A DNA stretch of 32,000 nucleotides from Candidatus Heimdallarchaeota archaeon (GTDB taxonomy: Archaea; Asgardarchaeota; Heimdallarchaeia; JABLTI01): contig JAUWKS010000020.1 of assembly GCA_030614005.1 (NCBI GenBank), positions 22,034 to 54,033 on the forward strand, given 5' to 3'. The notes beneath the pieces were generated by a model. It worked only from the letters and a program-made list of their open reading frames with translations, was not told the origin of the DNA and ran no database searches. The stretch's first letter is position 1. Every line of letters starts with the position of its first letter. Positions 1-8,182 of the stretch are shown here, in pieces. A program made the position numbers and the translations under genes.

Positions 1-696
1 TGTTTCCCAAATACTCGAGATAAATATGACCAATATCTCTACAAAAATTTCTATGAAGATTTAGATATTTCTATTGACTCAGATTGGGAAGAATTTATTT
101 TTGCCACCTATCCTGATCCTCTTGAACCTTTTTGGGACATCCATATTCCTGAATTTTGGGAAATAAATCTATTACCAATTGATCCAACAGTTGATTTACA
201 TATATTCTTTGGTACGGACCCATACGAAGAACCATTACATGTTGGCCCTACCGGTTTAATTAACGATTATAGTATGGATGTAGACTTAGGAATAGAAGGT
301 GCTGAATATATTGATGATTTTCTCACTGGAGCAAAAACAATTATTATTCCAGCAACAAGCATAATGCAAACGAATCGAGATATTACACCAGTAAATTTCC
401 AAGTTGTTGTTAATGCTACTTCTGCTGCTAGTGCTTCAATGGATGTTAATCTAAACGTTCGACATGTAAAAGATAATGAAATTTTATGGGAAGATACTCA
501 AGAAAGCTCTATTGAAGTAGGCCAAGACCTTACTTGCGATATTTCAACAGATGATGAATGGACTGATTTAGAAGATGTTCCCAAACCAAATGGATTTATA
601 GGTCCAGAGAAAAATTTCTTAGAACCAGCAATAGTTTTTTCATTTTCAATAATTATTCTAGTAATTTTCTCCAGGAAATCCAAAAGGCAAAAATAG
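1..696 (+). CDS. 5'-truncated acidic surface/secreted protein with C-terminal membrane anchor (hypothetical)
   Basis: Frame 1 is open from base 1 through the track ORF at 274 to the stop at 696. The sequence is D/E-rich and ends in a hydrophobic helix (PAIVFSFSIIILVIF) plus a basic tail (SRKSKRQK). Confidence 0.7.
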   Translation, partial: CFPNTRDKYDQYLYKNFYEDLDISIDSDWEEFIFATYPDPLEPFWDIHIPEFWEINLLPIDPTVDLHIFFGTDPYEEPLHVGPTGLINDYSMDVDLGIEGAEYIDDFLTGAKTIIIPATSIMQTNRDITPVNFQVVVNATSAASASMDVNLNVRHVKDNEILWEDTQESSIEVGQDLTCDISTDDEWTDLEDVPKPNGFIGPEKNFLEPAIVFSFSIIILVIFSRKSKRQK

Positions 697-863
697 TGCT
701 TCAAAATTAGAAGAGAAGAACGATGGTATTAGTCGTTCTCCTCATTTGAAGGCAGTAGAATCTATCCCCCGAAAAAAATTTCGGCTTTTAGAATCAGCGT
801 ATATTAATTGATGTTGATACAAGTGCCTCACTTGATCTTTCTGTTTCCTGATGAAATATATTA

Positions 864-965
864 TTAGCGAAATATGATGATTGATTCAGTTGTTTTCTTT
901 CTAAACTCATTAACATCGATTACTTCTCGCCTTCTGAATTGCTTTTTATTTTTTTGACCTTTCAT
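864..965 (-). CDS. possible 33-aa basic small protein (MKGQKNKKQFRRREVIDVNEFRKKTTESIIIFR)
   Basis: Hand-translated. The ATG is preceded by an SD-like GAGGT and a TTAAATA TATA-like element (1013-1019, minus strand). No recognisable homology. Confidence 0.25.
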   Translation of the reverse strand: MKGQKNKKQFRRREVIDVNEFRKKTTESIIIFR

Positions 966-1126
966 TGTTTATACCTCGTTTTTGTTCTAGGTATATCTAT
1001 AACTGGTCACTCTATTTAACAAAAGTGAGTATATGTGACCATACTATATCTATTAAAAACTAGGGTAAAAAGAAAAAATGGTGTTCTCATATTTTAACAA
1101 AACAAATATGAGGGTAATAGTAAAAA

Positions 1127-1981
1127 TTAGTCTGTTTTTTCAGTTGCTAATTTTTTTTCTAATACTTCGACTAACAACCTAATATCATTAATGCATTCTC
1201 TTTCATGCTCGATAAATCTACGAATGATTTTCTTTATCGTCCATTTCTCTTTTGGGTACTCTGGAAGGTTTTCAGAAGTAAATATTTCATCTGCATGATT
1301 TGCATAATTGGAACGTATTAATGCAATTGCTCCTAGTTGCACTTTGAAAATTCGTTCATATAGTGACAATGATTCAAGTTCATCCGTTGTTAAGTTTATT
1401 ACTCCTAAGAATTTTTCTTCTATCTCTGTTCCAAAACGAGATATATAGGCAAATTCTGTTTTGTAGATCTTCGTTAGCGCTTCATTTAGTGTTGGTTCCC
1501 CTTCTAACACTTCTAGTTTTCTTTGCTCATTCGAGAATTGAAAGACTATTCTCATTAGTGCTTCTGGAAGAGACTTTATTACTTCTAAATAAAATTCAAA
1601 ATCTTCTTTGCTTATTTCTTCGTGATCCGACTTGAATAATGCCGATTTGTGAGTTGATACACTTTGCTGTGCTACATTAGTGATTTCTTCGATTATTTGC
1701 ATTTCGTTGATTCCTGCAAGAAAATCTTTTGATTTTACCATGTACTCGTTTTTTGCAAAATCCTTTGATAGTAGCCATTCACTGTATTTCTTTACGTCTT
1801 TGAGTAGCGCATCAATTGCAGCTTCTTTTGTTGGTGCTCTTGCACAGCATCCAAGAAATTCTGCCGCATGGGCATAGAAAAGCTCTTTCCCTTCTTCTAG
1901 ATTAATTTTTAGTTCTGCCAAATCCTTTAACGACCATTTGAATATTTTAGTTTTTTTCTTTTTTCTCTCTAAAATTTTCAT
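1127..1981 (-). CDS. HicB-like N-terminal domain fused to DinB-like helical domain
   Basis: N-terminal FYAHAAEFLGCCARAPTKEAAIDAL resembles the HicB beta-beta-beta-alpha fold. C-terminal EKWTIKKIIRRFIEHE resembles DinB-family WsxrkvlRRxxxH. Confidence 0.55.
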   Translation of the reverse strand: MKILERKKKKTKIFKWSLKDLAELKINLEEGKELFYAHAAEFLGCCARAPTKEAAIDALLKDVKKYSEWLLSKDFAKNEYMVKSKDFLAGINEMQIIEEITNVAQQSVSTHKSALFKSDHEEISKEDFEFYLEVIKSLPEALMRIVFQFSNEQRKLEVLEGEPTLNEALTKIYKTEFAYISRFGTEIEEKFLGVINLTTDELESLSLYERIFKVQLGAIALIRSNYANHADEIFTSENLPEYPKEKWTIKKIIRRFIEHERECINDIRLLVEVLEKKLATEKTD

Positions 1982-2072
1982 TAAAAGTTCGTTTCTATAG
2001 ACTAGTTTCTACTTTTTTAGTATTTTAACATTTGTTATTGTGGTTAAAATGACAATTTTGGGTTTTTAGAGC

Positions 2073-3941
2073 TTATTCGTCGTCTCTTTCTACCCATGAG
2101 AACTTATTTTGTAATGTTTTCGAGTAATAGTTTCTCCAATCATAGTCTACTTCTTTTCCCCAAGCATGATATATTCTTGGATCAATATACGACTTCAAGC
2201 TCGTTCCTAAATTCCACACTTTAGTTTTCTTAGAAATTCGTTCTTGTGTTTCGATTTTCTTATATGCTTCTTTTGCTTTGTAGACACGTTCCTTAGCTGT
2301 GCCTAAGCTATTTTTTCCTCTAGCGATTTGACTTTGAGCAATTTCTATGCGCTTTTTCGCAGTGCCAACTCGTTTCCTCTGAGTTTGTACTTTCTTCTTT
2401 TGTTTCGCACAAGCTTTAGTGAGTTTCACTTTTTCTTTTGAATCTTGTTCGTTGTTAGAAAGATCTTCTAGCTCAAGAAAATCACCTTTTGTTTGTTCGA
2501 GAATTTTTTGCTGCGCTTTTTCTTGTTTTCGTCTTTCCTTTAGATTCTTCTTAAGTTCTTCAAGACGTTCTTCTCTACCACTTTGGTTTAGTTTTGCTTT
2601 TTCAATGCGCTCACTTGATTTAATCTTTCGTTCTCTAAATCGTTGAATCCTATTTTCCCAATTCTTAGGTGCTTGTTTCATATGAGTACACACAACTGCT
2701 GCCTCGCGATTAGCCATCGTAGCAGCTTCTTTCTTCTTGTACTCTGGGTCATCTGCTGAAGTGTCAGATTCTTCTAAATGAGCTGAGACGATATTTGTTG
2801 CATGAAACGTTCTAAATACTTTTGCCGTAAGATCAGGCACAATATTACTGAAGAAATCATTAACCTGAGTACTACCAATTTTCGAGAAAATCTGAGGTTT
2901 ATCCTTTCCACTCTTTTCTGCTTCATCTATTAAAAATTGCAATTCTTTTATAATATATAATGGGAAAGTAGTATCTTTATTCCATTCCACAGAATCTTTT
3001 CCAAGAAAATTGAAATTTACCTCCTCACCATCAATTGTAACATGTTCAGGTCTTAAAGTGGTAGCACCTACGGTATCTGCTTCATCTTCATCCTTTTCGT
3101 CACCAACTCTCAGAATTAGTTGATCAATGATGTAACAGGCAAGAGCAATTTTTCTTGTCCGAGGATTATCACTTTTAATACCTTTATCAATTTCTAAACG
3201 AATTTTCTCTAATTGTCCCGCAACTTTCCTAGCCTTGTTGAATTTTTCGATTTCTCTATCTTGTTTTATGGGTGTATTATCTGATAGCCAGACGTATTTT
3301 GTTTTTTTGGAAAGTTTATCTTCCCATTTCGCAACCCAAAGACATTCTGGTTCCCAAACGATTTCTTTCCATTTCTCTTTCCAATTCTCTTTCTTCTGTT
3401 CTTCAGATAACTCACTTATATTGAGAACAATATCTTTTGAAGTAGGACCTTCTTTCCATTTACCTCGCATTGGATGTTCTCCTCGACCCATAAATATACT
3501 ACTAGGTTCAGCAGTCCAAGCTCCAATTTCCACTTTCATTTCGTCTAACAAGGTTGTGCCATAATATTCTTTTAGCTCTTCTCGAACAACCTTTCGGTCT
3601 TCTCTTGCTTGCTTTTTTTGTTCTTTAGTCAAACTTTCTTTCTCAGCTCTTACTGATTCAATGTGTTCAATTACCTCTGAAAAATCAATGTCATCATCTG
3701 TGAGATTGTCATATCCTAGTTTTCTACTGAAATCGGCAAAGAAATTTTTACAAAAAATAGTATCATCTACATAGACTGTAGAAAGTTTTCTAACCCAAGC
3801 AATAGCCATTTGTTCTTGCATTGGATCGAGTTCTATCCTAGTATCTTTTACTCCAATTGTTAATCCAAGATACTTAATTTCTGAAATCATAATTCCATTG
3901 TGAGTTAGTTTTTTCATTTCTACCAAGGCACTGAACCTCAT
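2073..3941 (-). CDS. top1: DNA topoisomerase IB (eukaryote-like)
   Basis: The catalytic pentad motifs are intact: LILRVGDEK (R), FLGKDS (K), KVFRTF (R), VCTH (H), LGTSLKSYIDPR (Y). N-terminal LTHNG and FMGRGEHP motifs are present. Alternative start ATG at 3917. Confidence 0.95.
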   Translation of the reverse strand: MRFSALVEMKKLTHNGIMISEIKYLGLTIGVKDTRIELDPMQEQMAIAWVRKLSTVYVDDTIFCKNFFADFSRKLGYDNLTDDDIDFSEVIEHIESVRAEKESLTKEQKKQAREDRKVVREELKEYYGTTLLDEMKVEIGAWTAEPSSIFMGRGEHPMRGKWKEGPTSKDIVLNISELSEEQKKENWKEKWKEIVWEPECLWVAKWEDKLSKKTKYVWLSDNTPIKQDREIEKFNKARKVAGQLEKIRLEIDKGIKSDNPRTRKIALACYIIDQLILRVGDEKDEDEADTVGATTLRPEHVTIDGEEVNFNFLGKDSVEWNKDTTFPLYIIKELQFLIDEAEKSGKDKPQIFSKIGSTQVNDFFSNIVPDLTAKVFRTFHATNIVSAHLEESDTSADDPEYKKKEAATMANREAAVVCTHMKQAPKNWENRIQRFRERKIKSSERIEKAKLNQSGREERLEELKKNLKERRKQEKAQQKILEQTKGDFLELEDLSNNEQDSKEKVKLTKACAKQKKKVQTQRKRVGTAKKRIEIAQSQIARGKNSLGTAKERVYKAKEAYKKIETQERISKKTKVWNLGTSLKSYIDPRIYHAWGKEVDYDWRNYYSKTLQNKFSWVERDDE

Positions 3942-4022
3942 ATTTCTTCATTCGAGACCATTTTTAAAAGCTATCAATAGTTCACTTTAGATAAAAAAAG
4001 AATGATTAGATAAAAGTTGGTA

Positions 4023-4727
4023 TTATCTTACTTCACAAACTTCAAAATTTGCTTTAATTTTTTCACAAGCATCTTCAAGAATACCTAAGCGAAATGGTTG
4101 AAGCTTTTCAAATTCCTTATCTAAACACTTCAAGGGTCTGAATTGTTGAATATACAATCGCTTTGCTCCTTTGATCATTTCCGCAATAATTGGAATATCA
4201 TGTTCAGGATCGATTATTGTAGGAACAACTGTTGTTCTAAATTCATAATCAATATCAGAATCAATTATGATTTTAATTGATTTCAGAATATTTTTGATGT
4301 TCACTTTCTTGCCAGCAGCGAGGTGATATTTCTCTGGAATTGCTTTAACATCCATAGCAATATAATCAAGCAATTTGTCATCAATAAGTTTCTGAATTAC
4401 ATCAGGATGATTACCATTGGTGTCAATTTTTGTTTTTAACCCCATTCCTTTGATAATTTTCAGAAAATCAGGCAATCGCTTACTGAGAGAAGGTTCTCCT
4501 CCAGTAATTGACACTCCATCCAGCCATTTGCTCTTTGATCTCTTTTCAATTTCTGCAAGAATTTCATTCGTATCAAAACTTTTTACAGCATCTAAAGGAA
4601 TTAAATCCGGATTGTGACAGAATGGACATCGAAAATCACATCCTGCAAGAAAGATACTATCTACAATTAGACCTGACCACTCAATAATTGAACCCTGTTT
4701 ATACCCCTTAATTTCAAGTCCTACCAA
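4023..4727 (-). CDS. nrdG: anaerobic ribonucleoside-triphosphate reductase activating enzyme (radical SAM)
   Basis: Radical SAM motif CDFRCPFC, plus SITGGEP, KIDTNG and YEFRTT; adjacent to nrdD. Confidence 0.92.
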   Translation of the reverse strand: MVGLEIKGYKQGSIIEWSGLIVDSIFLAGCDFRCPFCHNPDLIPLDAVKSFDTNEILAEIEKRSKSKWLDGVSITGGEPSLSKRLPDFLKIIKGMGLKTKIDTNGNHPDVIQKLIDDKLLDYIAMDVKAIPEKYHLAAGKKVNIKNILKSIKIIIDSDIDYEFRTTVVPTIIDPEHDIPIIAEMIKGAKRLYIQQFRPLKCLDKEFEKLQPFRLGILEDACEKIKANFEVCEVR

Positions 4728-4746
4728 TTATGTATTCAACTCGATT

Positions 4747-5007
4747 TTATTTTGCTTGAAGTTCTTTTTGAACTTGCTCTATTGGAGGTACTTCTCCTCT
4801 CCAAGCTTTAACTTCACTATCGGATTCATCGACAATAATCAAAGAAGGTGTTGAAAGAACATCAAAATAAACTGATTCTGATAAACCTTCTTCATCATCT
4901 AAATTGAACCACTCAACAACAGTACCTTTTTCTTCAAGTTTTTTTGCCATAGCTTTTGCTGGAGGGCAATTTGGACAATCTGCTTTTGTAAATACTTTTA
5001 ATTTCAT
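4747..5007 (-). CDS. thioredoxin/glutaredoxin (NrdH-like redoxin)
   Basis: CPNC active site and STP cis-Pro motif in 86 aa; GAGGA SD; lies between nrdD and nrdG. Confidence 0.85.
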   Translation of the reverse strand: MKLKVFTKADCPNCPPAKAMAKKLEEKGTVVEWFNLDDEEGLSESVYFDVLSTPSLIIVDESDSEVKAWRGEVPPIEQVQKELQAK

Positions 5008-5119
5008 TATCTATCTATCCTCAAATTTTTTTCTGTCTGTTTTACTATTAATCTAAAAAATAAATATAAAAAGATAAAGGAAGAGAAGAGGCGAACGAGG
5101 TTCGACCTGATCATGCACC

Positions 5120-5353
5120 CTACACGTCATCAGACCAATAATTGCCTTTTTGTCTTCTCTTTAACTCTGATTTCTTAGAGTTGTTCCAGTTATCAATTAT
5201 ACTAAAGTATCCTACTACCCTGCTAATACCGTAAACATTGTCGCTGTTACAGTATGGGCAATTAGGAGTAGAACACGTTTCACCTGCATGTTCTATATTT
5301 TGTTCTGTTGTTACTTCGGTTATTTTTGTTATAGTTGTTTTTGCCTGTTCCAT
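5120..5353 (-). CDS. nrdD: stand-alone C-terminal glycyl-radical segment of class III RNR (half Zn ribbon + RVVGY loop)
   Basis: CPYCNSDNVYGISRVVGYFSIIDNWNNSKKSELKRR matches the NrdD C-terminus. It has its own ATG with GAGGA 8 nt upstream and is in a different frame from the main nrdD ORF. Confidence 0.85.
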   Translation of the reverse strand: MEQAKTTITKITEVTTEQNIEHAGETCSTPNCPYCNSDNVYGISRVVGYFSIIDNWNNSKKSELKRRQKGNYWSDDV

Positions 5354-5421
5354 ACAATTTTTCCTCGATAGTTTATTTTTCTTTTTACGCCATTTTTCGA
5401 TTTGTTTTCTTTTTCAGCCCA

Positions 5422-7842
5422 CTATTGACCTTGTACAGAAGAACTTGTTGATCTGCCAAAGCCCCTACTAACTTGTCCACAATCTCTACAGACTGTAAAC
5501 TCTGGTGAAAACACTATCTGTGCGCTCTGGGTATTGTCCCATGTTTTCTTAACCAGATTCATTATTGATTCCGCCGAGGGTTTTTGCTCGCCGACGAATA
5601 TGTGTGTGATAGAACCGCTTTCAATGAGGGTATTGAATTTCCCTTGTTTTGAAATTCTATCAATAATATCAATAGGTGCATCAGCTGCGAAGTGTGCACT
5701 ATTGGTATAGTAAATTGATCCTTCGTCAATATCACCCTTGACATAATGAATACTGTCAGGATATTCCTTAAGATCAGTTCTCGCGAATTTAAAAGGAGCA
5801 CTTTCTCCTGGAGTTTCTTCAAGAGTAACAGTTAGACCATGTAGTTTTTGGAGAGCTTTTGCTTTTAGGTTCATTCCAGCAATAATCTTTAGGCCTAGTT
5901 TGTAGGCTTTTTCGCTGTCATGTTGTTCTTCATCAATAAGATATTGAACACATTCATTTAATCCTATAACGCCTATAATGTAAGTTGCTTTTTCCAAATC
6001 AACATAAGGTCTACCATCTTCAGCAATCATACCAATTTGCCAAAGGGTGCCATTTTCTTGAGTCATGAGTTGAGTAATGAATTCCTTCTTCTCAAGATGA
6101 GCTTCCATTGCTAAATCCATTGCTCGTCTAATTTCTTCAATTGTTTTCTTTACGTTACCTTTTCCGGCTCGATACGCTGCTTGTGGTAAATTAATGCTCA
6201 CATTTTGGAACCCACAATAACGCATGCTTTCAGGATGTTCAATCATATACATGTCAGTGATTGTTGTTTTTAATCGACAGCACATTGAAAGATTGATTTC
6301 ATCGCGATCAAATATGAAATAAGTTGAACCATTTTCAGAGGATATTTTACATGCCAGTTCCAACAATTTATACTGTTCAGGATCATCAAAGGAACTTTGA
6401 TCAATATGTAAATCAAATTTTGGAAATGGGAAGACTTTCGATTCAGAATCTCCTTCTAACCAAACTTCCATTAATGCTTTAGCAAATAATTGTGTTTCTT
6501 TTTCATACTCGCCATAATTTTTTCCAGTATATTTACCACCAGGGCCAATTGCGGGTATGTTTTTGAGATATCTTGGAATGCCTAAATGAATATTAAAATC
6601 TACAAAAAGGGTTTGTCCCCCTCTTGAGAACGCATTTTGACTGCAAGAATAAATCAATCGCTGTGCTTCTTGTTTTATTTGTTTATATGGGACACCAACA
6701 AAATAAGGGGCATAAAAGATATTCAGATAAGCTAATCCTAAAGCACCGGCATAATATGCTTGCATTGAAGCTAAGAAGGTATTAAGATGTCCAGTAAGAG
6801 TATCTGCATGATTTGCTGGGTTTGAAACGGTTGAGAGATTTAACAAGTTCAATCCATATTTTTTGATATATTCTAAGCTATGAGCAGAGCAATACACCCT
6901 GACTGGGAAACCCAAATCATGCAGGTAAATCATTCCTTTTCTGTGTGCATTTGCTACTTCCTTGGAGAAGAGCTCTTGAAGAGCAAATTTTTTCAATATT
7001 GCTTCTGCAATAGCTAAGTTCACCGCCTCTGGATTATTGGCGACTACGTTACTATTTTCTTTGCTTTTTGAAAGTATAAGTTGTTTAAGATCGAATGTGG
7101 GTATACCAATAGTTTTCTGTTGAACCAATTTAGTATTATACCCTCGAGTAAATAATTCATTATCAACCAAACTTCTGATAAAATCAACTGATATTACACC
7201 TATGCCAGATGCAAATATCTTTCTTTCAACTTCTATGGAAACAGAATCAGCATCTGCACGATTTAATCCTGCTTCTTTAACCAAAGCGGCAGTAATTTTT
7301 GTTCGGTCCCAACCAGAAATTTCCTCTCGAGTATCAGCTGATACCATTAACAGAAGTTCAGTAGAATCACGACTTTTCACATCTACTTCCTTTACTACTT
7401 TTAATTTCTCCAACTCACGTTCAAATGAAGCGATATCTGTGAATCGTCTATAAACTGAAGCATAACGAATATAAGCAACTTCATCGAGTCCTCGGAGTTT
7501 TTCCATAACTAATTCTCCTACGACACTAGCTTCAATTTCCAATTCTTCATTTTTTCTTAATTCACTTTCAATTTCATCTATAACGTCTTCAATTTCCTCA
7601 GAAGAAATAGGTCTTTTTTCGCAGGCTTTTACGATACCTTTTTTGACTTTCTCACGATCAAATGGTTCCCTACGTTTATCCTTCTTTACAATAGTAAGCT
7701 TCACTTGTTCTATTCGTTCATAAGTTGAAAATCGCTTTTTACATTGAAGACATTCTCTTCTTCGTCTATTTGCTTTCATGTCTTCTGACGCTCGTTTATC
7801 AACGACTCGAGTATTTGGCGATTGACAGTAAGGGCATTTCAT
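5422..7842 (-). CDS. nrdD: NrdR transcriptional repressor fused to class III (anaerobic) ribonucleotide reductase NrdD lacking the Gly-radical tail
   Basis: aa 1-147 are NrdR (CPYC..VVDKR..RRRRECLQCKKRFSTYE, ATP cone, VAYIRYASVYRRF). A second ATP cone (GWDRTKI) follows, then the NrdD core (YLHDLG, VYCSAH, SQNAFSRGGQ, FPFPKF, SMCCRL, EETPGES, YYTNS). The ORF ends after one CRDC knuckle. Confidence 0.93.
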   Translation of the reverse strand: MKCPYCQSPNTRVVDKRASEDMKANRRRRECLQCKKRFSTYERIEQVKLTIVKKDKRREPFDREKVKKGIVKACEKRPISSEEIEDVIDEIESELRKNEELEIEASVVGELVMEKLRGLDEVAYIRYASVYRRFTDIASFERELEKLKVVKEVDVKSRDSTELLLMVSADTREEISGWDRTKITAALVKEAGLNRADADSVSIEVERKIFASGIGVISVDFIRSLVDNELFTRGYNTKLVQQKTIGIPTFDLKQLILSKSKENSNVVANNPEAVNLAIAEAILKKFALQELFSKEVANAHRKGMIYLHDLGFPVRVYCSAHSLEYIKKYGLNLLNLSTVSNPANHADTLTGHLNTFLASMQAYYAGALGLAYLNIFYAPYFVGVPYKQIKQEAQRLIYSCSQNAFSRGGQTLFVDFNIHLGIPRYLKNIPAIGPGGKYTGKNYGEYEKETQLFAKALMEVWLEGDSESKVFPFPKFDLHIDQSSFDDPEQYKLLELACKISSENGSTYFIFDRDEINLSMCCRLKTTITDMYMIEHPESMRYCGFQNVSINLPQAAYRAGKGNVKKTIEEIRRAMDLAMEAHLEKKEFITQLMTQENGTLWQIGMIAEDGRPYVDLEKATYIIGVIGLNECVQYLIDEEQHDSEKAYKLGLKIIAGMNLKAKALQKLHGLTVTLEETPGESAPFKFARTDLKEYPDSIHYVKGDIDEGSIYYTNSAHFAADAPIDIIDRISKQGKFNTLIESGSITHIFVGEQKPSAESIMNLVKKTWDNTQSAQIVFSPEFTVCRDCGQVSRGFGRSTSSSVQGQ

Positions 7843-7971
7843 TATTCTAGTTCACTCGTTTTTTCTTAGGCACTATTTTCCTGCGCCGATTTTTATTTTG
7901 GCGTTTTATGTCGGTTCTAGGAGACGGTCTCACCTCTAAGCGAGTTTGTTTCCTTTACAGCCCACCCTATA

Positions 7972-7987
7972 CCACCACATCTGGTGG
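7972..7987. promoter_or_regulatory. NrdR box (proximal)
   Basis: CCACCACATCTGGTGG is a near-perfect 16-bp palindrome fitting the NrdR consensus acaCwAtATaTwGtgt. Confidence 0.8.
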
Positions 7988-8002
7988 TTTGTGGTCCCTC
8001 AA

Positions 8003-8018
8003 ACACAACATATTGTAT
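8003..8018. promoter_or_regulatory. NrdR box (distal)
   Basis: ACACAACATATTGTAT lies 31 bp start-to-start (15-bp spacer) from the other box, the canonical tandem NrdR arrangement. Confidence 0.8.
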
Positions 8019-8043
8019 ATGTTATTTGTTTCTGAACGCTTTG

Positions 8044-8051
8044 TATTTAAA
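8044..8051 (-). promoter_or_regulatory. TATA box of the nrdR-nrdD transcript (candidate)
   Basis: TTTAAATA on the minus strand predicts a start near 8020, immediately before the distal NrdR box. An alternative TTATAAAA lies near 8070-8077. Confidence 0.5.
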
Positions 8052-8182
8052 TGTTATGTGAATGAGAATTTTTATAAGAATAAATAATCATCTATAAAAA
8101 TCAAAAAATAGTTCACCAAATTTTTTTTCACTCGGATAACTTGTAAAACAAAAAAAGAGAAAATGTCCTATAAATATTTCAT

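Noticed and set aside
5354-5424. Readthrough of the nrdD TAG (pyrrolysine) or programmed frameshift joining the two nrdD parts
   Set aside because: The readthrough frame stops again after 30 codons, the small ORF's frame has a TGA just past the TAG, and no canonical slippery heptamer is evident. Two recoding events would be needed.
5270-5460. Bulge-helix-bulge intron removing the insert between the two Zn knuckles
   Set aside because: I could not find complementary flanks forming a BHB motif, and the SD before ATG 5353 favours independent translation. Only cDNA could fully exclude it.
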